Positions 57,557 to 64,000 of a DNA stretch of 64,000 nt are shown one piece after another. The position numbers and the translations under genes were made by a program. Source of the DNA: Desulfobacterales bacterium (GTDB lineage: Bacteria; Desulfobacterota; Desulfobacteria; Desulfobacterales; UBA2174); the NCBI GenBank assembly GCA_963668645.2, contig CAXXWC010000001.1, positions 224,001-288,000 on the forward strand. Direction: 5' to 3'. Each line of letters opens with the position of its first letter. Position 1 is the stretch's first letter. The notes beneath the pieces are model-generated. The model was not told where the DNA came from and made no database searches. It saw nothing but the letters and a program-made list of their open reading frames with translations.

Positions 57557-57562
57557 GGTTTC

Positions 57563-57639
57563 TGGTGGCGATGCAGGGAATTGAACCCCGGACACTGCGG
57601 ATATGAGCCGCATGCTCTGACCAACTGAGCTACATCGCC
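57563..57639 (-). tRNA. tRNA with CAT anticodon, probably elongator tRNA-Met
   Basis: 77 nt, GGCGATG...CATCGCCACCA, anticodon stem TGCGG/CCGCA, loop CTCATAT. Paired G1-C72 argues against initiator tRNA; Ile2 is not fully excluded. Confidence 0.93.
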
Positions 57640-57732
57640 GTAGATCGGGCTGGAGTGAGAGAGTCTCCCGACGCGAAAAAGGCCTTTTAGCAGGCGTAAC
57701 GAATGGCGTCAAGCCAAAAGCATAAAATTCCT

Positions 57733-59730
57733 TTACTGGGAGCGGGCCACTTCGATGGTAAATTCGTCCAGATCCGCGGGCAGATTATGGAAAACCACCA
57801 TGAAGGGGATCACTCCGCCCGGGGGGACATTCAGGTTCGACTTGTTGGCACCGGTACGATTGTCGAGTCGCTTTTGAATCTGCGCCAACGGCAGGTGCGC
57901 CAGGTCCAGATCCGCCAGCACGTTGCCGCATGAAACCGTCTCAGTCGCCACCATTTTTTTGCCCTTCTGGAAAATCTTGCCCTGGACCTGGATGAAACTG
58001 TGCGGCTGGGGATAGTCGTTGCGCACCTTACCGGTGATCACAAAGAGCCGGCCCGCCTGGGAATTGTCCACAAAGCGGCTGTTGATATCTGAAGTGGAAA
58101 TCTTCAAATTGCCCAACTCGTCCTTGATGACCTGGGGGGCCAACATATCGGACACGAAAGGAATTCTGACCCCCATCAGGTGGGCCCCGTAAACACCCCC
58201 GCCCAGCAACAGAAGAATCAGCAACAGGACCAACAACGGACTCGGCCCCCTTTTGATTTTCGGCTCCGGCGGGACCGAACCGGCCGCCATTTCCGCTTCC
58301 TGGCCTTCTCCCGGCTCTCCCAACTTGCCGAAACGAAGGGTCGCCTGGCCGTCAAAGGTCTGGTCGTCCACGAGGGTCTCGGCCTGGATTTCTTCGAAGA
58401 GGGCTGTGACCTGGCCCAAATCCTGGGTGCTGACCAGATCCAGGTCTTCCTCCTGGGTAGTTTCCTTTTGCGTCGACGATTTCGTGGTCGAATCCGGGTC
58501 GGGTTCGTCCTCGTCAAACCCTTCATCGGCTTGCAGCATCTCTTCGATTTCGCTCAGATCGAGTTCCTCATCCACGCCCAGGGCTTCGTCCGCAGTCTTA
58601 TGGGACTCGGCCTCGGCGTCCTGATCGTCCATTTCCAGATCGAGGTTGAAATCAAGGTCGAGCGCTTCGAGTTCCTCGTCTCGCTGAGGCATGGCGATAT
58701 CCAAAGCCTTTTCGAGCTCAGTCAGATCAAGTTCCTCTCCCGGAGCTCCGTTTTCTCCGGGTTCGACCTCTATTCCGTCACCGGTTCGGTCCTCTGCTGC
58801 AGCCGCGACAGGCTCTTCCAGCGTCGGATCCTCTTCGAGATCCAGATTGAGATCCAGGCCCAGGTCCTTATCGGAATCGGATTCGTCCTCGTCCGGCATC
58901 TCTAAAAAGGCAGGCCCTTTTTCAATATCCAGATCGAGATCCAAGTCCAGCCCCTGACCGGATGGGCCTGCCTGCGGCGCCTCTTCCAGTACCAGTCCCT
59001 CTTCGAATTCCAGATCCAGGTCCAGCTCCAGGTCCTGACCCGATTCGTCCGCATCCGGCGCCTCATCCAGCACCGGCTCCTCTTCGAGATATAGATCGAG
59101 ATCCAGGTCCAGGTCCTGACCCGATTCGCCCGCATCCGGCGCCTCATCCAGCACCGGCTCCTCTTCGAGATATAGATCGAGATCCAGGTCCAGGTCCTGA
59201 CCCGATTCGTCCACGTCCGGCATCTCTTCCAAGGCCGGTCCTTCCTCGACATCCAGATCGAGATCCAGGTCCAGGTCCTGACCCGATTCGTCCGCGTCCG
59301 GCATCTCTTCCAAGGCTGGTCCTTCCTCGATATCCAGATCGAGGTCCAGGTCCAGGTCCAAATCCTGAGCGAATTCGGGGTCCGGATCAGTCTCCGCTTC
59401 AGCCGTCCGCTGCCAATCAGAATCCGGCGCCGCATTTTCCTCGAATAGCGCCCCTGAATCATCGACGTCTGGATCCAGGTCCAATTCCGAGCCGAATTCT
59501 TGGGTGCCGCCGGTTTCATCCCGGGAGTCATCCGCGTCCGGCATCGCCTTCTCATCGGTGGCCTGGGGCGCCTCCTCGGCAGGGGCAGGCTCCGCAACCT
59601 GGGCAGGCGGCGAAGGATAGGCCACGAACAGGTTGCCGCAGTTGCTGCAACGGACTTTGGAGCCTCCTGGCGCCAGAAGTGTTTCATCCAATTGGTAGCT
59701 CGATTTGCAATTCTGGCAGGTTATGATCAT
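57733..59730 (-). CDS. Zinc-ribbon (MJ0042-type) / DUF3426-like membrane protein with long acidic linker
   Basis: CQNC...VRCSNC, an Asp/Glu-rich linker, one TM helix, and a C-terminal domain with LFVITGKVRN. Confidence 0.85.
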   Translation of the reverse strand: MIITCQNCKSSYQLDETLLAPGGSKVRCSNCGNLFVAYPSPPAQVAEPAPAEEAPQATDEKAMPDADDSRDETGGTQEFGSELDLDPDVDDSGALFEENAAPDSDWQRTAEAETDPDPEFAQDLDLDLDLDLDIEEGPALEEMPDADESGQDLDLDLDLDVEEGPALEEMPDVDESGQDLDLDLDLYLEEEPVLDEAPDAGESGQDLDLDLDLYLEEEPVLDEAPDADESGQDLELDLDLEFEEGLVLEEAPQAGPSGQGLDLDLDLDIEKGPAFLEMPDEDESDSDKDLGLDLNLDLEEDPTLEEPVAAAAEDRTGDGIEVEPGENGAPGEELDLTELEKALDIAMPQRDEELEALDLDFNLDLEMDDQDAEAESHKTADEALGVDEELDLSEIEEMLQADEGFDEDEPDPDSTTKSSTQKETTQEEDLDLVSTQDLGQVTALFEEIQAETLVDDQTFDGQATLRFGKLGEPGEGQEAEMAAGSVPPEPKIKRGPSPLLVLLLILLLLGGGVYGAHLMGVRIPFVSDMLAPQVIKDELGNLKISTSDINSRFVDNSQAGRLFVITGKVRNDYPQPHSFIQVQGKIFQKGKKMVATETVSCGNVLADLDLAHLPLAQIQKRLDNRTGANKSNLNVPPGGVIPFMVVFHNLPADLDEFTIEVARSQ
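58850..59370 (-). repeat. Intragenic 81-bp (27-aa) acidic tandem repeat, about 6-7 units
   Basis: CCCGATTCG recurs at 59039, 59120, 59201 and 59282. Unit resembles ESGQDLDLDLDLxxEExPxLxExPDAD. Boundaries approximate. Confidence 0.85.
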
Positions 59731-60278
59731 GGCGCACCCTTTTGGTTGAGTTTAAGGTGGTAGATTCCCGGCAGTTGCCGGTACTGTTCAGCGTAGTCCA
59801 AACCGTACCCGACCAGGAATCCCTCGCCGATTTGAAATCCACTGTAGGCAATCGGCACCTTCTGCTGGCGCCTTTCGTGCTTATCGATCATCGCGCAGAT
59901 CCGAACACTGCGGGCCCCCAGGGCCTCGAAATGGGTAGTCAGATGGGCTAGGGTCAGGCCCGTGTCCACGATATCCTCGACCAGCAATACGTCTTTGTTG
60001 CACACATCGAGACCGGGATCTCGGGTCAGGGTGATCGTTCCCGAAGAAACGCTCTGAGAACCGTAGCTGGAAGCGCCGATAAAATCCACCGTCACTGAAA
60101 TGGTCAGATGACGCACCAGATCGGCCATAAAAATAAAAGCGCCCTTGAGCACGCCGATCATTACCAGATCACCGTCCTGATAATCCTTCGAAATCAGACG
60201 CGCCATCTCAGCGACCCGCTTTTCGATCGCCTCAGGGCTCAACACGGGCAGGAGTTCAGACATAGGCTTAGTGGACAT
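59727..60278 (-). CDS. hpt: Hypoxanthine phosphoribosyltransferase
   Basis: GVLKGAFIFMADL, LLVEDIVDTGLTL and FLVGYGLDY motifs. Confidence 0.95.
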   Translation of the reverse strand: MSTKPMSELLPVLSPEAIEKRVAEMARLISKDYQDGDLVMIGVLKGAFIFMADLVRHLTISVTVDFIGASSYGSQSVSSGTITLTRDPGLDVCNKDVLLVEDIVDTGLTLAHLTTHFEALGARSVRICAMIDKHERRQQKVPIAYSGFQIGEGFLVGYGLDYAEQYRQLPGIYHLKLNQKGAP

Positions 60279-60377
60279 TCATCACAATGGGGTGAGATCG
60301 CCGAATTTGAGCAAGCGGGCCCATCAATGGCTGCAAATCTATCTCTTGGGATTTATCTTGTCAATAAATTTAGCTTG

Positions 60378-61268
60378 TTACAAGCCGCTTTGCGCCAACT
60401 CATCGACCAACCGGCGCTGGTCGTCGGTCAGTTTCTTTGGCATAATCACATGGATACGGACGAACAGATCCCCTTTCCCTTCCCCCCGGGAACGGGGTAA
60501 TCCCTGGCCTGCCAAGCGCATGCGGGTTTTGTGATTCACTCCCGGCGGCACTTTGAGACTGACCGTCTTGCCCTCCAGGGTGGGAACCGTGACGCTGGTG
60601 CCCAGCAAGGCCTCGCTAAGACGGATATCCCGCTGCACGGTCAAATCGCTGCCTTCGACTTCAAAAACCGGATCCTTGAGAAAGTAGGTTTTGATGTACA
60701 GATCGCCCGCCGCTCCACCGTAAGGGCTCGGCTCTCCCTTGCCGGCCAGCCGCAGCTTCTGGCCGGAGCGAACCCCCCGGGGGATTTTGACCTCCACCCG
60801 TTCGATGCGGTCCCCATGTTGGAGGTTCACCGTCCTGGTGGTCCCTTCGGCCGCCTCTTTGAGGGTCAAGCCCAACTCGTAAATAAGGTCCGATCCTTTG
60901 GGCAGGGATTGCCGCCGGGTGCGCCCGCCGAAAGGCGATTGGTTGCCGCCAAAGGAGAAACGAGCATTGCCGCCCTTGCCGCCGAAGCCGAATTCCTTGA
61001 GAATTTCACTGAAATCAAACCCGCGGAAGATATCTTCCTGGCTGAATCGTTGCTGAAACCCGGCGGCGCCGAACTCGTCATACTGTTTGCGCTTTTCCAC
61101 ATCGCTGAGCACCGCGTAGGCTTCACTGATTTTTTTGAACTTCTCTTCGGCCGACTTGTCATCCTTGGCGTGATCCGGATGGTATTTCATTGCCAACCGG
61201 CGATACGCCTTCTTGATCTGGTCGGCGGTGGCACTCTTTTCGACCCCTAATTCCTTATAGTAGTCCAT
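60378..61268 (-). CDS. Class B J-domain chaperone (CbpA/DnaJ-like, no zinc finger)
   Basis: [14 protein letters not shown]-domain, G/F region and a DnaJ C-terminal domain. Confidence 0.92.
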   Translation of the reverse strand: MDYYKELGVEKSATADQIKKAYRRLAMKYHPDHAKDDKSAEEKFKKISEAYAVLSDVEKRKQYDEFGAAGFQQRFSQEDIFRGFDFSEILKEFGFGGKGGNARFSFGGNQSPFGGRTRRQSLPKGSDLIYELGLTLKEAAEGTTRTVNLQHGDRIERVEVKIPRGVRSGQKLRLAGKGEPSPYGGAAGDLYIKTYFLKDPVFEVEGSDLTVQRDIRLSEALLGTSVTVPTLEGKTVSLKVPPGVNHKTRMRLAGQGLPRSRGEGKGDLFVRIHVIMPKKLTDDQRRLVDELAQSGL

Positions 61269-61524
61269 CTTAATCTTTCCAAGCCGCCCTTGATATCCCG
61301 GCATTCCGATGTGGCAGCCGGTGCGGGCGGCGTTTGACAACCACGTAAACGGCTAAAATAAACGCTTAATCGACCCCTAAAAATAGCGCCGATGGCCTTC
61401 AAGTCAAGGCACAGGCCCGCAGATCCAGGGCCCTGTCAAAGTTGGAATCCGTTTTCTTTGGGTGTCGGATTTTTAAATTGTCACCATTTCCCGCCTGTCT
61501 TCTCAAATGCAGGTTCCTCTTTTC

Positions 61525-61746
61525 GTCATCCCGAGCCCCTCCTTCCTTGTCATCCCGAGTGACCACGAGGGATCTACAGTTGAGAAAGAACGGCGGGGAA
61601 AAGAGTTCGTCAGAATGACAGCCGGAAAAAGAGCTCGCCGGAATAAAAGCCGGGGAAAGAACTCTCTGGAATGACAGCGGGGAAAAGTGTCATCCCGAGC
61701 AGCCCCCCTCCCCTGTCATCCCGAGTGGCCACAAGGGATCTGCAGT
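61525..61746. repeat. Intergenic REP-like repeat cluster
   Basis: GTCATCCCGAG at 61525, 61549, 61689 and 61715, surrounding 28-bp tandem units at 61593, 61621, 61649 and a partial unit at 61677. Confidence 0.8.
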
Positions 61747-61936
61747 CAGAAAAACCGGCGGAACCAAAAACCTCCAGGCAGAAAAAATCCCTCTCCATGA
61801 AGTCATCGCAGGACTTTGATGGACCGTGCCGCAGATCATCCGCCTCCTGCAAGGCCCGGCGCCTGGCCCCGCCACCTCAAACGGATCCGGCCGGGCGGCG
61901 GTCTCCATAAAGCCGGTCCGCCCGGTGTTGATAAAA

Positions 61937-63871
61937 TCATGGGGGCCCGTTGCCTCGGTCCTGCCCAAAACCCGATGCGCCGGGCAACCGGCTGCGTTCC
62001 TCTGCCATGGATCGCGCCTTGAGCATGACCATCAGCACCGAAATGGCCGCCGGGGTCATGCCGTCGATGCGCGAGGCCTGGCCCAGAGAGGCGGGGCGTA
62101 CCTCGGCCAGCTTCTGGCGCAGCTCGTTGGAAAGCCCCTGCACCGGTCCATAGTCGAAGTCGTCCGGGATGCGGATCTTTTCCAGATGCTGGAAGCGATC
62201 GATCTGTGACAGTTGGCGTTCGATATAGCCGGCGTATTTCACTTCGATTTCCACCTGCCGCACCACCCGCGGGTCCAGGGCCTGGGGGTTGGGATCGATG
62301 CCTGTCAAGCGGCCGTAATCGAGTTCCGGGCGCCGCAGCAGCTGTTCGAGGGAAACCCCGCTGCGGATAGGCGGCGACTGGCATCGCGCCAGGTGCGCAT
62401 TGGCGTCGCCGGGTGCGACGACCGTGGCGCGCAGCCGCTCCATTTCAGCGGCGATGGCCCGGCGCCGGACCTCCACCTCGTCCGCCGCCCCAGCATCGGT
62501 CAGCCCCAGCTCGCGGCCGATGGCCATGAGGCGCAAATCGGCGTTGTCTTCGCGCAGCATCAGCCGGTACTCGGCCCGGGAGGTGAACATGCGGTACGGT
62601 TCGCGGGTGCCGCGGGTGACCAGGTCGTCGACCATCACCGCCATGTAGGCCTGGCTGCGATCCAGGATGAAAGGCGGCCGTTTCTGGATTTGGCAGGCGG
62701 CGTTGACCCCGGCCCACAGCCCCTGGGCCGCGGCCTCCTCGTAGCCCGAGGTGCCGTTGATCTGCCCGGCGAAATAGAGCCCGGCCACCGGCTTGGTCTC
62801 CAGGGTGGGCTTTAGCTGCACCGGATTGATGTAGTCGTACTCGATGGCGTAGGCCGGCCGCATCACCTCGGCCGCTTCGAGCCCTGCCACGGCCCGCACC
62901 ACCTGGAGCTGAATCTCCATCGGCAGGCTGTTGCCCAGGCCGCTGGCGTAGATCTCCTCGGTATCGAGTCCCTCGGGTTCGAGAATCACCTGATGGCTTT
63001 CCTTTTGCGGAAAGCGGACCACCTTGTCCTCGAAGCTCGGGCAGTAGCGGGCCGAGACCCCCTTGATCACGCCCCCGTAAAGGGCCGACAGGTGCAGGTG
63101 CTGCCGCACGATGGCGTGCACCCGCTGGCTGGTGCGGCCGATATAGCTCGGAAGCTGGGGCAGCTGGATCCCGGAGCTGAAGCAGGACAACGGCACCGGC
63201 GCGGCGTCGACCTCCTGGGCCTCGAAGCGCGAAAAATCGATGCTCGACCGCTTGAGCCGCGGCGGGGTTCCGGTCTTCATGCGCCCCAGGGTGAAGCCGA
63301 GCCGCTTCAGGTCGCCGGCCAGCGCCTCGCTGGCAAACTCCCCGGCCCGCCCGGCGTGGATCGTCTTGAAGCCGATATGCACCAGCCCCTTGAGGAAGGT
63401 CCCGGTGGCCAGCACGACCGCATCGGCGCGGTACCCGTAGCCGGTGGCGTCCTCGACGCCGGCCACGGCCCCGTTTTCCACCACCAGGCGCTCGACCATG
63501 GCCTGCTTGAGTTCCAGCCCGGGCTGGGCTTCCACGATCTGTTTCATGGCCCGGTGGTAGCGCTGCTTGTCGTTCTGGGTGCGCGAACTTTGAACCGCCG
63601 GCCCCTTCTTGGTATTGAGGGTCTTGTACTGAATCGCCGAAAGGTCCGAAACCCGGGCCATGGCCCCGCCCAGGGCATCGATCTCCTTGACGAGCTGGCC
63701 CTTGGCCATGCCGCCGATGGACGGGCTGCACGGCATGGCGGCCAGCTTGTCCAGATCGATGGCCAGCAGCAGCACGCTGCAGCCCATGCGGGCCGCGGCC
63801 AGGGCCGCCTCGCAGCCTGCATGGCCGGCGCCCACGACGATGATATCGAACTTGCGCGGATAAATGCTCAT
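61937..63871 (-). CDS. mnmG: tRNA uridine-5-carboxymethylaminomethyl(34) synthesis enzyme MnmG (GidA)
   Basis: [45 protein letters not shown] and [14 protein letters not shown] motifs. Confidence 0.97.
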   Translation of the reverse strand: MSIYPRKFDIIVVGAGHAGCEAALAAARMGCSVLLLAIDLDKLAAMPCSPSIGGMAKGQLVKEIDALGGAMARVSDLSAIQYKTLNTKKGPAVQSSRTQNDKQRYHRAMKQIVEAQPGLELKQAMVERLVVENGAVAGVEDATGYGYRADAVVLATGTFLKGLVHIGFKTIHAGRAGEFASEALAGDLKRLGFTLGRMKTGTPPRLKRSSIDFSRFEAQEVDAAPVPLSCFSSGIQLPQLPSYIGRTSQRVHAIVRQHLHLSALYGGVIKGVSARYCPSFEDKVVRFPQKESHQVILEPEGLDTEEIYASGLGNSLPMEIQLQVVRAVAGLEAAEVMRPAYAIEYDYINPVQLKPTLETKPVAGLYFAGQINGTSGYEEAAAQGLWAGVNAACQIQKRPPFILDRSQAYMAVMVDDLVTRGTREPYRMFTSRAEYRLMLREDNADLRLMAIGRELGLTDAGAADEVEVRRRAIAAEMERLRATVVAPGDANAHLARCQSPPIRSGVSLEQLLRRPELDYGRLTGIDPNPQALDPRVVRQVEIEVKYAGYIERQLSQIDRFQHLEKIRIPDDFDYGPVQGLSNELRQKLAEVRPASLGQASRIDGMTPAAISVLMVMLKARSMAEERSRLPGASGFGQDRGNGPP

Positions 63872-64000
63872 GGATAAAACCCGAAATCCGGAATCCGGAT
63901 TTGATGCGATGCCTTCGTTTATGGCCTTTGTCTCTTTTTGGTGATCAAAAGGGCCACGCTTCCTTAATCCTTTAACCGCCAACCTGCAACCGGCCTCTTG

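Noticed and set aside
28953..57562. Prophage or ICE carrying the DGR
   Set aside because: No integrase, phage structural, replication or conjugation genes were recognised, and no att duplication was seen by eye.
56909..57639. Adjacent CAT tRNA as the specific substrate of the GNAT toxin
   Set aside because: Insertion next to a tRNA explains the adjacency, and the sequence gives no evidence of substrate specificity.
61593..61687. 28-bp repeats as a mini CRISPR array
   Set aside because: Units are degenerate and head-to-tail with no spacers.

Overview
GC-rich chromosomal segment, most likely from a sulfate-reducing Desulfobacterota (inferred from qrcABCD, System II cytochrome c biogenesis and Desulfovibrio-type lactate oxidation genes). 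The left part (1-28.9 kb) and right end (57.6-64 kb) are housekeeping: lactate oxidation, class I fumarase, comEC, murA, qrcABCD, resBC, M16 peptidase, UvrD, PiT/DUF47, ppiD, hpt, a DnaJ-class chaperone and mnmG. Between the 3' ends of two convergent tRNAs (Ala-GGC 28877-28952, CAT tRNA 57563-57639) lies a ~28.6 kb accessory region with transporters, two-component systems, a Cys/Asp repeat protein, a GNAT toxin-antitoxin pair and the main finding, a complete diversity-generating retroelement. On the minus strand it reads HRDC gene, reverse transcriptase, then a 129-bp template repeat. It has two 129-bp variable repeats, each differing from the template at 19 positions, all template adenines. 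Both targets are NACHT (NLR-like) proteins ending in an FGE/C-type-lectin domain. The larger target starts with SQVGVVGDNA..HF, which matches the C-terminal SQVGVIGDGA..HF of the adjacent small Bell/HeLo-like protein. This suggests a hypermutated NLR-like sensor coupled by amyloid signalling to a membrane-acting effector. All assignments are from motif recognition and manual alignment; no searches were run.
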